A DNA stretch of 64,000 bases from Eledone cirrhosa (GCA_964016885.1 OZ024754.1:28396001-28460000); one strand, 5' to 3'; positions 26,864 through 40,280 are shown, counted from the stretch's first letter. Notes: a model not told the origin generated them from the letters alone. Numbers and translations: made by a program.

Positions 26864-27218
26864 AGGGCAGTGGATTGGCAGAATTGGTAGAGCATTGGAC
26901 AACATGCTTAGGGGCATAAAATTATGGCCCTTTACATTCTTACTTCAAATCTTGCTTTGCCTTTCATCCTTATGAGGTTGATGAAAGAAAGTACCAGTAA
27001 TGCACCGGGGTCAATTTAATTAACTTTCCCATCACCCAAAATGATGGGGCTTGTGCCTAAATAAGAAACCATTGTTATATATATTTTATATATAAGTTCA
27101 AATCCCGCCGAGGTTAGCTTTGCCTTTCATCCTCACAGAATTGATAAAATAAAGTACCAGTAATACACTGGGGTTGATTTAATCGACTTTCCCTTGCTCT
27201 GAAAATCAGAAACCATTA
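26864..27218 (+). mobile_element. SINE plus partial second monomer
   Basis: Two copies of the core; flanked by ATTAAGTTGAAAGTT (26849-26863, 27443-27457). Confidence 0.8.
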
Positions 27219-27447
27219 TTAACCCATTAGCATTTACATTATTCTATATTTACTATTGTATTTTCACATTAAAGGCTTTATCTTACATAATTATCCCTCA
27301 TAATATCAAATCTATGAGATTTTGAATTTATTTATTTTGAGAACAATACCTTAATGTAGGTATGAGTGGCCAGTTACAGCTGGTTTGAACAGAAAGAGGT
27401 GAAAGAGTTCTGGCTGGATATGGCCGGTTTAAATGCTAAAGGATTAA
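27219..27447. mobile_element. TTAA-flanked MITE, family B
   Basis: TTAACCCATTAGCATTTA ... TAAATGCTAAAGGATTAA; other copies ~15955-16154 (partial) and 30642-30823. Confidence 0.8.
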
Positions 27448-28649
27448 GTTGAAAGTTGAAACAGCAGTAGATTGGTAAAATCTTTAAAACAGTTGATAAA
27501 ATCCTTTGTTGTATTTAACTGCACCCTTTTAGTTTCTGAGTTCAAATCCCACTGAGATCAACTATATCTTTCATCCTTCTGAGTTTCATAGAATATAGTA
27601 CGTGTCAAGTGTTGTGGTTGATTTCAATGACCCAAAATTGCTGGCCTTGTGCTTAAATATTAGAAACCTTTATTAAGTTAAAATTTATTTCACTAACCAT
27701 CTCATAATTCTTGACTACTTTGATGATTAAAACACAAAAAGTCTGTGTGTTTTTGTTAGTAATATGATCAGAAAAGGGTTAATAATTTCATGTACATTAA
27801 AACAGAAAACAATGTTCATGCTGAGATTAATAATGTTGGATCATGAAATTGTATTATTTTATTTGTTAGTTTTCTGTAGAGCCTTTCAAACATTGAAAAA
27901 GCAATTTCTTCTATAATTACTAATAGAGTTTTGTGGGTTTTATTTTGCTGTGTTGTGTGAAAAGCAGCATGTTAATTTTGGTTGTTTTTCATAATATTAT
28001 TTATTTAATAGATTTTGTAAGATTAAAAATAAGGGAGATGAATTTTCTAGAAGATGAACATTTTTGGAATACAAATTTATAATTTAGAAGATTTTAGTTT
28101 TATACATTTTCTTGCAATCATGATTGTCATAAAGGATTTAAGATATAAAATTAGCATATTATTGTTATTATTCTAGAAATTATTATTTTAAATTCATTTC
28201 ATCATCCCTAACCTGGCATAAAGGCTGAATAGACAAACTTTACAAAAATATTTTTCTATTTAATAAATCTGGAATGTTAAACTAAATTAACACCTGCAGA
28301 TCAATAGGTTTAATTTATGGCCATCAATCAATCTGATAAAATTGCAATTTAGAGAAAATAGTAGTCATTTATTTCTTGTCTGTTTGTGATTCTTGTAATT
28401 CATAATTCATTTGCAAATGTATACAATATTATCAAAATTGACGCAACCTCTCTTTCACTGATTTGTAGTTGAAATAAAATATTTAAGCACGATTGTTATT
28501 AATTTATCTGTAAATATAAATAGAAAAAAATAATTGAAGAATGAGCCATTGATGTTAAATTAGTTGAAACAGCAGATATTGGTGACTGTTCATTCTGGTA
28601 ATGTTTTTACCATCTTCTTTGTGATATGCAGCTGAGATATACTGTTCAG

Positions 28650-28880
28650 CAAAATGTGTAGTTTTGCACCTCCCTGACATACTCTCCAGTCAAATGTGTA
28701 GACTTTGCCCTTCCCTGAGATTTACTCTCCAGCCAAATATGTAGACTTTGCCCCTCCCTGACATATAAATATGTAGATTTTGCCCCTCCTTGAGGTATAC
28801 TCTCCAGCCATATGTGTAGACTATGCACCACCCCCGAGATATACTGTCCAGCCAAATGTGTAGACTTTGCTCCCTCCCTG
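28650..28880. repeat. Degenerate ~30-43-bp minisatellite
   Basis: Repeated AAATRTGTAGACTTTGCCCCTCCCTGA..TACTCTCCAGCC. Confidence 0.8.
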
Positions 28881-29996
28881 TTTCTCTGCTCACCTTTTTT
28901 CTTTTTTTCTTTGTCTTATTTTTGTATCTAAAGTCTAAGTTTAAAGCTTAATGTTTACATTTGAGTGTCTAGAAATGTCTAGCCAGAATTCTGCTGTTAT
29001 GTATTGATATTTCTAAGTCTCTTGTTAAATCTGACTTCAATGAAACTAAGTGGTTTTGTTCTCTACAAAGAGTCTTGTGAAAGTTTTGTGAAGAATAAAT
29101 TTAGGCATAGGCATGGCTGAGGGGTAAAGAAATTCTCTTTGCAACACAGGGTTTTAGGTCCACTCTTACTGCAAGACACCTTGGACAAATGTCATCTACT
29201 ATAGCATCAAACTGACTTGAAGATGAGCTTTTGCAGTTTCCATCTGACGAATTTCACTCATAAGATGTAAATAAACAGAAAAAAAAATACAAGTGTATAA
29301 GGAACTCAGAGAAAACTGTTCTGGTTTCTTCTCTTTGGAATAAAATAAAAAAAGTACTCTGGTGTATATGATTAACTAAATTCCTTGAAGGTGGTGCCCC
29401 GGCATGGCCACAGTCTGCCTGAAAGCAGTAACAGTATAACAGAATAAGTTGCTATATGAGAGGAATGGAAAAGAAAGATTAATGTACTTTTGAATCTAAT
29501 ATGATCGTGACTTCATTCACTTTATTGATCTAATCATAAGCATCAGTTGATCTTTTTTCTTTCTTTGAATTTTTGCCTCATCCTTCTTCAACTTCCATCT
29601 TTATGACATGATACACTACATTTCTTGTGGTTGTTACTTCCCTCTCAGTCATACCAGACACACACAGCCTTAGGACATCTGTTTATATCTAATTTCTCTT
29701 TTGTGTGTGTCTGTGTGTGTTTTGTAACTCTAAAGGTTGTTTATTTAAAAAAGAATTACTTTGTTAAATATTTTAACATTTACTCAACCAAGTTTTAAGT
29801 TATTCAAATAAAAATAAATGTGTGTTGTTAAATAAAATTTTATAGAAATCTATCACTATAAATAATGAGGGGAATAATGAAAAAAATATTTATTATTAGT
29901 TTTAACCCTCTTTTATATTACATTTGAAATTCTATATGTTGTTTACTTTAAAGTTAATATTAAAATACTATAGTTTTCATTATATATTTCTATTTA

Positions 29997-30381
29997 GGGC
30001 GTTAGATTGGCAGTATCGGTAGAGGGCTGGACGCCATGCTTTGCAGCATAGTTACAGTCCTTTACGGTCTGAGTTCAAATCCCGCTGAGGTTAACTTTAC
30101 CTTTCATCCTTACAGGGTCGATAAAATAAAGCACCAGTAACATACTGGGGTCGATTTAATCGATTTTCCCCTCCGCCCCAAATTACTGGCCTTGTGCCTA
30201 TACTAGAAATCATGGCAGTATCGGTAGAAGGTCGGACGCCATGCTTAGAGTTACGGCCCTTTATTGTCTGAGTTCAAATCCCGCTGAGGTTAACTTTGCC
30301 TTTCATCCTTACGGGGTCGATAAAATAAAGTACCAGTAATGTACTGGGTAATTGCTGGCCTTGTGCCAAAAAGTAGAAACA
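29997..30381 (+). mobile_element. Head-to-tail dimeric tRNA-derived SINE within one 18-bp TSD
   Basis: Two monomers (29997-30212, 30213-30381), each with TGGCAGTATCGG and GAGTTCAAATCC; ATTATATATTTCTATTTA at 29979-29996 and 30382-30399. Confidence 0.88.
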
Positions 30382-31594
30382 ATTATATATTTCTATTTAA
30401 ATTTTAACTATTTTTGTACCAAACCTGGTTCTATGTTACAGAATTGTATATCATAACAAAAGCATTAAAATGCTTGTATTTAACTAATACCTTCCATCAT
30501 AATTTTATATAAGAAGTGTTATGTTCCAAATGCCAACAATAAGAAAGTTAGCTACATGACTAAATTTTTTCAGATTTTCAATTATTTTAAAATTGAAAAT
30601 CATACACACTATCTTTCATTAGAAATACAGTATTGAAAGATTTAACCCTTTAGCATTTACATTACTCTATACATACTATTGTATTTTCGTGGTAAAGGTT
30701 TTATCTCACTTAATTTCAAATCTATGAGATTTTGATGTTATTTATTTTGAAAACAATACCTTAACATCAGTATGAGTGACTCGTTATGGTTGGATATGGC
30801 CAGTTTAAATACTAAAGGTTTAAATATTAATTTACCTAACAAATTGATTTAGCCATCTTATTTTTGTCACATAAGAGAGGACAAATCAATTATGGGGGAA
30901 GTTTTAGAGGAGGGAGGTTGATAATTTAGACACTTAAAAAAAGTGTGTTAAAGATGAAGAACTATTGATTTTTAGTTCAACTGTTGCTTATAATTGATTA
31001 GGTGGGTGGTGGATCAAGAAAAAGCTCTAGTCCTGTCACTTACTGTTTTGTTTAAAAAATATCCGTTGAAGAATTAAGTTCATAAAGGTTAAAAACAATC
31101 AAAGGTGGAATTATCTATTTTGTTAATATTTTGAAGTGTTAATTGAATGCTGTTTGTGTGACCAAGCAAATAAAGTGTGAAATTTAGAAAAATAGAAATC
31201 AAATTGACCGACTGAAATATAGATGAGAACAACAAAAAGAAAAAAAAAGAGAGAGAGAGATTGATGATTGTAGGCTAGAAGTAAATCTATATGCGACTTA
31301 TAATGAAACTGGGATATAGCTAGGGCTGGACTGACCAGTTGGCATGGTTCTATGATTTTGAGGAGACCTACTTGCTTCTTACTCTAGTTCTTTTATTGTG
31401 TTCTGTTACTTGTAAATATTACAATATACACAACACCTGGGTTCTACACATCAGAGAATGTTCTCTCGCACTGTCTGGAGTCATATCATTGGAGTAGCAA
31501 TGATTAAGTGTCATTTCTCATATTATTACACAACTCCCACACTGTCTGGGGTCATATCACTTGGGTAGCAATGACTGAGTGTCCTTTCCACCAA

Positions 31595-32465
31595 TGTAGA
31601 ACTCCTTACATTTGTTCCATTCAATCCAGCATAACCACAGCTATCTGCAGAATTATCCACAAAGAAGGACTGGACATACAGTTAGCACAATCTGGCTCTT
31701 CACTGCGTGGATACCCGTCTAAAAATCAATCCAGAGACAACAAGAATCAATGCTCGCTGACTAACTCCCCTATCAGCGGACACGTGTTATACCGGATTGA
31801 ATGCAACAAATGTAAAGAGTTCTACATTAGCACGACTCGAGCACTCCACACTCGCATTAAAGAACACCTCAACACACGAACATCCTCATTCAAAAAACTC
31901 ATCGACAAATCTAGAAACATCAACCAACATATTACTGTTACCATTAAAGCCAGTAATAGAAATGTGGGCAACTTAAGAATTAAGGAAGTCTTGTTCATAC
32001 GTAGACTCAACCCGCAAATAAATAATATATTAGAACTCAACACACAGCACTTGACATAAAAAGACACACCCACAGGCACACAAACTAAACATCTCATACA
32101 AAAAAAAAATTGATTTCGCGAAATACTATATTGGTAATTGACGTCATTCACGTGGAAAGCGAAATAACCAGAAAAAAAACGCTTTAAAACGACTTAGAAA
32201 AAATTTTAATCAAAATTTTTTCTAAAGAGATGAAATTGGAACATTATCCACTGAAAGTTCCTTAAACTCTGATGAAGGGACTTTTAGGTCCCAAAATATT
32301 GGACAGATAAAAGAACAACACAAAACAAAACAAAACAAAGATTACCAGGTAACTTACTTTTACTTTTCGTTACCTCATCTTACAATCCATTTTGCATTGT
32401 TTAGCCTTCTATCTCTTTCAACATTATATATTATATACAATGCTTCAAGCAAACTATAAAATGTT
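31595..32465 (+). mobile_element. Penelope-like element 3' relic: GIY-YIG endonuclease plus pseudo-LTR with decayed hammerhead
   Basis: VLYRIECNKCKEFYI(G)STTRALHTRIKEHL...LRIKEVLFIRRLNPQIN; CTGATGA 32269-32275 and GGGAC/GTCCC stem; followed by (TA)n. Confidence 0.85.
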
Positions 32466-32472
32466 ATTAGTG

Positions 32473-32515
<43 letters not shown>

Positions 32516-33293
32516 GTAATTAATACATAAGTCATATATATTTATGTATTTATTACTGATTATTAAAATACTTCATAAGTAGTTTGAAAATGGCTTCTAC
32601 ATTTTACATATGTGGGGGTCTGTTACCAGCTTTGCGGGGACTACATTTTATTTTTATCATGCCTAGGCCTATTACCAGCTTTGGGGGTCATACAGTCTAC
32701 ATCTTGCCTAGGCCTTTTACCAGCTTTCAGAGCCTACATTTTGTACCTGAAAATGTATAGAAGCCTGTTGGTTGTCTGTGTATGTATGTTTGTCTTCATG
32801 TATTTCTGCATCGATAATACTTGGACACCTGGTGGCGTTTGTTTATATTCTGCATAAATGACATGACCTGCAGCTCAGTTCTACATGCAAAGATCAGTAG
32901 TATCTTAGTTTTCAAAAAGAAGGTGGGAGGCATCAGGAAAGCCATAGAACACTGTCATGGGCTGGACGATGTTGATGATGATTATTATTTCATTTTTCTC
33001 TCATTTATTAATAATAAGCTGACAAGCTTGTTTTGCCCTCATCCAGCCAATGCTTACTGGAGGCTTGAAACGTTCGCTTCTTACACATTTTATAATTTAA
33101 CAAATACAATTATTTCCCTATACTCTATATAAACTAAATTTATAAATAATCATAATTGTGTTGTTATTATGGATATAGTAATCTGCTCTTCCTCCCTGTT
33201 CTCTTTGTTCAGAAATAATAAAAATCTTCAATTCATATTTATAATATATATATAAATACTGAACCAATTGTGTTGTTATTTCTGTTTACTTTT

Positions 33294-33336
<43 letters not shown>

Positions 33337-33770
33337 TTCAAGAGTAACCAATCTTAAAGAGAGAGATGGAGATAGGATAGGAGAGGAGAGATTGGTAAAT
33401 TAGTTAGAAGCCAAAGCGTAAAGGCATGTGCTCAATGTGCAATATGCAGTGGAAAGCAGCTAGGTGGCTGGGTTCATGCAGAAGTTAGGCGCGCAGAGCT
33501 GCCACAGTGAAATACTAATATATGGAACATTACATTATGTAATATTCTTTCCTTATTTTAATTTATATTCCTTTGACATTCCGATGAGTCGCTCTGTCTT
33601 TAAATATGTTAATTATTTTTAACTGAACCAGATCAACATTATTATTATTTATATTATTATTATTATTATTCTCTACATTCCTTACATCAAACCAAAATAT
33701 GTTGACAATCTTTTAATAACGTCTTCCTTCTGAAATTTGTGAAATTTGTGGTCTTGTTTTGCTTAACTAA

Positions 33771-33820
<50 letters not shown>

Positions 33821-34022
33821 GTGTGTGTGTGTATGTTTGTGTGTGTATGTATATCATCATCGTTTAACGACCATCTTCCACGCTAGCATGGGTTAGACGG
33901 TTTTGTTTCATTTGATGTGTGGGAATGGTCGGGAGACCATGTCTCGGTCATACGTACATATCCATACATATAAATACATGTGTATATATGTATTTATATG
34001 TATGTATATATATGTATGGATA

Positions 34023-34055
<33 letters not shown>

Positions 34056-34437
34056 CAGGGGCGAAGGGTCCATGCATGCAATGCATGCGTTATAGAATCT
34101 TGAGTTGATCAATTGTGTCGGTTGAAGCAAGCAGAATTTTGGCTGCTTACTAAAACATATAGACACACAAAAAGATCACACACGCACACGCACACGCGCG
34201 CGCGCGACAGCTTCGGGGCAAGCAGAATTTTGACTGCTTACTAAATCGTAGACACATAAAAAGATAACACACACACACACACACTAGATAACACTACATG
34301 CGGCTTTGACCGGGGGGGGGGGGGTCATTTAGAGGGAATGGGGGGGGGGGGGGGGGGCAGTAAGGCTGCATGAGCCCCACTTTCCGCCATGGCTATTGGA
34401 CTGCATGCCCTGCCTTCCAGGTTACCCTTCGCCACTG
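34056..34437. mobile_element. Non-autonomous DNA element with 14-bp TIRs in (TA)n (hAT-like ends)
   Basis: CAGGGGCGAAGGGT ... ACCCTTCGCCACTG (1 mismatch); ATATATAT on both sides; internal ~50-bp duplication. Confidence 0.7.
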
Positions 34438-34496
34438 ATATATATAGTAGTGTAGTTAATACAGAGCATTTTGAGATATGTAGTAAATGAAGGATA

Positions 34497-34670
34497 AGTT
34501 TTTTCTAAAGCCGGTACAATGCAGAACATATGAAGGGCAGAAGATGGAAAATGTAACAAACGAAAGTAATATTTTATCAGTGTATTTTGACAAAACATTA
34601 CTTTGTTTTGTTTCATTTTCCATCATTTGCCCAGCGTATTTTCTTCTGTATTGTATCGGCTTAAAAAAAA
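34497..34670. repeat. Imperfect foldback, ~80-bp arms, 8-nt loop
   Basis: AAGCCGGTACAATGCAGAA..GATGGAAAATGTAACAAACGAAAGTAATATTTTATCA / TGACAAAACATTACTTTGTTTTGTTTCATTTTCCATC..TTCTGTATTGTATCGGCTT. Confidence 0.85.
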
Positions 34671-34674
34671 TGTT

Positions 34675-37600
34675 TGTCATTAAGCACCTAGCCCACACTG
34701 TAAAGTAGCTGTGTGGTTGTCATAACAAAAAGCACCCAGCCCACACTGTAAAGTGGCCGTGTAGTTGTCATAACAAAAAGCACCCAGCCCACACTGTAAA
34801 GTAGCTGTGTGGTTGTCATAACAAAAAGCACTCAGCCCACACTGTAAAGTGGCCGTGTAGTTGTCATGACAAAAAGCACCCAGCCCACACTGTAAAGTGG
34901 CCGTGTAGTTATGACAAAAAGCACCCAGCCCACACTGTAAAGTGGCCGTGTAGTTGTCATGACAAAAAGCACCCAGCCCACACTGTAAAGTGGCCGTGTA
35001 GTTGTCATGACAAAAAGCACCCAGCCCACACTGTAAAGTGGCCGTGTAGTTGTCATGACAAAAAGCACCCAGCCCACACTGTAAAGTGGCCGTGTAGTTG
35101 TCATGACAAAAAGCACCCAGCCCACACTGTAAAGTAGCTGTGTGGTTGTCATAACAAAAAGCACTCAGCCCACACTGTAAAGTGGCCGTGTAGTTGTCAT
35201 GACAAAAAGCACCCAGCCCACACTGTAAAGTGGCCGTGTAGTTATGACAAAAAGCACCCAGCCCACACTGTAAAGTGGCCGTGTAGTTGTCATGACAAAA
35301 AGCACCCAGCCCACACTGTAAAGTGGCCGTGTAGTTGTCATGACAAAAAGCACCCAGCCCACACTGTAAAGTGGCCGTGTAGTTGTCATAACAAAAAGCA
35401 CTCAGCCCACACTGTAAAGTGGCCGTGTAGTTGTCATGACAAAAAGCACCCAGCCCACACTGTAAAGTGGCCGTGTAGTTGTCATGACAAAAAGCACCCA
35501 GCCCACACTGTAAAGTGGCCGTGTAGTTGTCATGACAAAAAGCACCCAGCCCACACTGTAAAGTAGCTGTGTGGTTGTCATAACAAAAAGCACTCAGCCC
35601 ACACTGTAAAGTGGCCGTGTAGTTGTCATGACAAAAAGCACCCAGCCCACACTGTAAAGTGGCCGTGTAGTTATGACAAAAAGCACCCAGCCCACACTGT
35701 AAAGTGGCCGTGTAGTTATGACAAAAAGCACCCAGCCCACACTGTAAAGTGGCCGTGTAGTTATGACAAAAAGCACCCAGCCCACACTGTAAAGTGGCCG
35801 TGTAGTTATGACAAAAAGCACCCAGCCCACACTGTAAAGTGGCCGTGTAGTTATGACAAAAAGCACCCAGCCCACACTGTAAAGTGGCCGTGTAGTTATG
35901 ACAAAAAGCACCCAGCCCACACTGTAAAGTGGCCGTGTAGTTATGACAAAAAGCACCCAGCCCACACTGTAAAGTGGCCGTGTAGTTATGACAAAAAGCA
36001 CCCAGCCCACACTGTAAAGTGGCCGTGTAGTTATGACAAAAAGCACCCAGCCCACACTGTAAAGTGGCCGTGTAGTTATGACAAAAAGCACCCAGCCCAC
36101 ACTGTAAAGTGGCCGTGTAGTTGTCATGACAAAAAGCACCCAGCCCACACTGTAAAGTGGCCGTGTAGTTGTCATGACAAAAAGCACCCAGCCCACACTG
36201 TAAAGTGGCCGTGTAGTTGTCATGACAAAAAGCACCCAGCCCACACTGTAAAGTGGCCGTGTAGTTGTCATGACAAAAAGCACCCAGCCCACACTGTAAA
36301 GTGGCCGTGTAGTTGTCATAACAAAAAGCACTCAGCCCACACTGTAAAGTGGCCGTGTAGTTGTCATGACAAAAAGCACCCAGCCCACACTGTAAAGTGG
36401 CCGTGTAGTTATGACAAAAAGCACCCAGCCCACACTGTAAAGTGGCCGTGTAGTTGTCATGACAAAAAGCACCCAGCCCACACTGTAAAGTAGCTGTGTG
36501 GTTGTCATAACAAAAAGCACTCAGCCCACACTGTAAAGTGGCCGTGTAGTTGTCATGACAAAAAGCACCCAGCCCACACTGTAAAGTGGCCGTGTAGTTA
36601 TGACAAAAAGCACCCAGCCCACACTGTAAAGTGGCCGTGTAGTTGTCATGACAAAAAGCACCCAGCCCACACTGTAAAGTAGCTGTGTGGTTGTCATAAC
36701 AAAAAGCACTCAGCCCACACTGTAAAGTGGCCGTGTAGTTGTCATGACAAAAAGCACCCAGCCCACACTGTAAAGTGGCCGTGTAGTTATGACAAAAAGC
36801 ACCCAGCCCACACTGTAAAGTGGCCGTGTAGTTATGACAAAAAGCACCCAGCCCACACTGTAAAGTGGCCGTGTAGTTGTCATAACAAAAAGCACTCAGC
36901 CCACACTGTAAAGTGGCCGTGTAGTTGTCATGACAAAAAGCACCCAGCCCACACTGTAAAGTGGCCGTGTAGTTATGACAAAAAGCACCCAGCCCACACT
37001 GTAAAGTGGCCGTGTAGTTGTCATGACAAAAAGCACCCAGCCCACACTGTAAAGTGGCCGTGTAGTTATGACAAAAAGCACCCAGCCCACACTGTAAAGT
37101 GGCCGTGTAGTTATGACAAAAAGCACCCAGCCCACACTGTAAAGTGGCCGTGTAGTTATGACAAAAAGCACCCAGCCCACACTGTAAAGTGGCCGTGTAG
37201 TTATGACAAAAAGCACCCAGCCCACACTGTAAAGTGGCCGTGTAGTTATGACAAAAAGCACCCAGCCCACACTGTAAAGTGGCCGTGTAGTTATGACAAA
37301 AAGCACCCAGCCCACACTGTAAAGTGGCCGTGTAGTTGTCATGACAAAAAGCACCCAGCCCACACTGTAAAGTGGCCGTGTAGTTGTCATGACAAAAAGC
37401 ACCCAGCCCACACTGTAAAGTGGCCGTGTAGTTGTCATGACAAAAAGCACCCAGCCCACACTGTAAAGTGGCCGTGTAATTGTCATGACAAAAAGCACCC
37501 AGCCCACACTGTAAAGTGGCCGTGTAGTTGTCATGACAAAAAGCACCCAGCCCACACTGTAAAGTGGCCGTGTAGTTGTCATAACAAAAAGCACTCAGCC

Positions 37601-40280
37601 CACACTGTAAAGTGGCCGTGTAGTTGTCATGACAAAAAGCACCCAGCCCACACTGTAAAGTGGCCGTGTAGTTGTCATGACAAAAAGCACCCAGCCCACA
37701 CTGTAAAGTGGCCGTGTAATTGTCATGACAAAAAGCACCCAGCCCACACTGTAAAGTGGCCGTGTAGTTGTCATGACAAAAAGCACCCAGCCCACACTGT
37801 AAAGTGGCCGTGTAGTTATGACAAAAAGCACCCAGCCCACACTGTAAAGTGGCCGTGTAGTTATGACAAAAAGCACCCAGCCCACACTGTAAAGTGGCCG
37901 TGTAGTTGTCATGACAAAAAGCACTCAGCCCACACTGTAAAGTGGCCGTGTAGTTGTCATGACAAAAAGCACCCAGCCCACACTGTAAAGTGGCCGTGTA
38001 GTTATGACAAAAAGCACCCAGCCCACACTGTAAAGTGGCCGTGTAGTTGTCATGACAAAAAGCACTCAGCCCACACTGTAAAGTGGCCGTGTAGTTGTCA
38101 TGACAAAAAGCACCCAGCCCACACTGTAAAGTGGCCGTGTAGTTATGACAAAAAGCACCCAGCCCACACTGTAAAGTGGCCGTGTAGTTGTCATGACAAA
38201 AAGCACCCAGCCCACACTGTAAAGTGGCCGTGTAGTTGTCATGACAAAAAGCACTCAGCCCACACTGTAAAGTGGCCGTGTAGTTGTCATGACAAAAAGC
38301 ACCCAGCCCACACTGTAAAGTGGCCGTGTAGTTATGACAAAAAGCACCCAGCCCACACTGTAAAGTGGCCGTGTAGTTGTCATAACAAAAAGCACTCAGC
38401 CCACACTGTAAAGTGGCCGTGTAGTTGTCATGACAAAAAGCACCCAGCCCACACTGTAAAGTGGCCGTGTAGTTATGACAAAAAGCACCCAGCCCACACT
38501 GTAAAGTGGCCGTGTAGTTGTCATGACAAAAAGCACCCAGCCCACACTGTAAAGTGGCCGTGTAGTTATGACAAAAAGCACCCAGCCCACACTGTAAAGT
38601 GGCCGTGTAGTTATGACAAAAAGCACCCAGCCCACACTGTAAAGTGGCCGTGTAGTTATGACAAAAAGCACCCAGCCCACACTGTAAAGTGGCCGTGTAG
38701 TTGTCATGACAAAAAGCACCCAGCCCACACTGTAAAGTGGCCGTGTAGTTGTCATGACAAAAAGCACTCAGCCCACACTGTAAAGTGGCCGTGTAGTTAT
38801 GACAAAAAGCACCCAGCCCACACTGTAAAGTGGCCGTGTAGTTGTCATGACAAAAAGCACCCAGCCCACACTGTAAAGTGGCCGTGTAGTTATGACAAAA
38901 AGCACCCAGCCCACACTGTAAAGTGGCCGTGTAGTTATGACAAAAAGCACCCAGCCCACACTGTAAAGTGGCCGTGTAGTTATGACAAAAAGCACCCAGC
39001 CCACACTGTAAAGTGGCCGTGTAGTTATGACAAAAAGCACCCAGCCCACACTGTAAAGTGGCCGTGTAGTTGTCATGACAAAAAGCACCCAGCCCACACT
39101 GTAAAGTGGCCGTGTAGTTGTCATGACAAAAAGCACTCAGCCCACACTGTAAAGTGGCCGTGTAGTTGTCATGACAAAAAGCACCCAGCCCACACTGTAA
39201 AGTGGCCGTGTAGTTGTCATGACAAAAAGCACCCAGCCCACACTGTAAAGTGGCCGTGTAGTTGTCATGACAAAAAGCACCCAGCCCACACTGTAAAGTG
39301 GCCGTGTAGTTGTCATGACAAAAAGCACCCAGCCCACACTGTAAAGTGGCCGTGTAGTTGTCATGACAAAAAGCACTCAGCCCACACTGTAAAGTGGCCG
39401 TGTAGTTATGACAAAAAGCACCCAGCCCACACTGTAAAGTGGCCGTGTAGTTATGACAAAAAGCACCCAGCCCACACTGTAAAGTGGCCGTGTAGTTGTC
39501 ATGACAAAAAGCACCCAGCCCACACTGTAAAGTGGCCGTGTAGTTATGACAAAAAGCACCCAGCCCACACTGTAAAGTGGCCGTGTAGTTATGACAAAAA
39601 GCACCCAGCCCACACTGTAAAGTGGCCGTGTAGTTGTCATGACAAAAAGCACCCAGCCCACACTGTAAAGTGGCCGTGTAGTTATGACAAAAAGCACCCA
39701 GCCCACACTGTAAAGTGGCCGTGTAGTTATGACAAAAAGCACCCAGCCCACACTGTAAAGTGGCCGTGTAGTTGTCATGACAAAAAGCACTCAGCCCACA
39801 CTGTAAAGTGGCCGTGTAGTTGTCATGACAAAAAGCACTCAGCCCACACTGTAAAGTGGCCGTGTAGTTATGACAAAAAGCACCCAGCCCACACTGTAAA
39901 GTGGCCGTGTAGTTGTCATGACAAAAAGCACTCAGCCCACACTGTAAAGTGGCCGTGTAGTTGTCATGACAAAAAGCACTCAGCCCACACTGTAAAGTGG
40001 CCGTGTAGTTATGACAAAAAGCACCCAGCCCACACTGTAAAGTGGCCGTGTAGTTGTCATGACAAAAAGCACCCAGCCCACACTGTAAAGTGGCCGTGTA
40101 ATTGTCATGACAAAAAGCACTCAGCCCACACTGTAAAGTGGCCGTGTAATTGTCATGACAAAAAGCACTCAGCCCACACTGTAAAGTGGCCGTGTAGTTG
40201 TCATGACAAAAAGCACTCAGCCCACACTGTAAAGTGGCCGTGTAATTGTCATGACAAAAAGCACCCAGCCCACACTGTAA
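34675..40280 (+). repeat. Array S1: 48/45-bp tandem repeat, about 120 copies, continuing into an RTE-type 3' tail (40281-40421)
   Basis: CTGTAAAGTGGCCGTGTAGTT(GTC)ATGACAAAAAGCACCCAGCCCACA; last unit runs into TTGGCATTAGGAAGGGCATCCAGC...AACCCATGCTAGCATGG. Confidence 0.97.

Noticed and set aside
34832-39790. Repeat-peptide ORFs (WVLFVMTTTRPLYSVG)n
   Set aside because: 48/45-bp units keep frame by arithmetic; a recurrent variant creates stops; unit derives from a retroelement UTR
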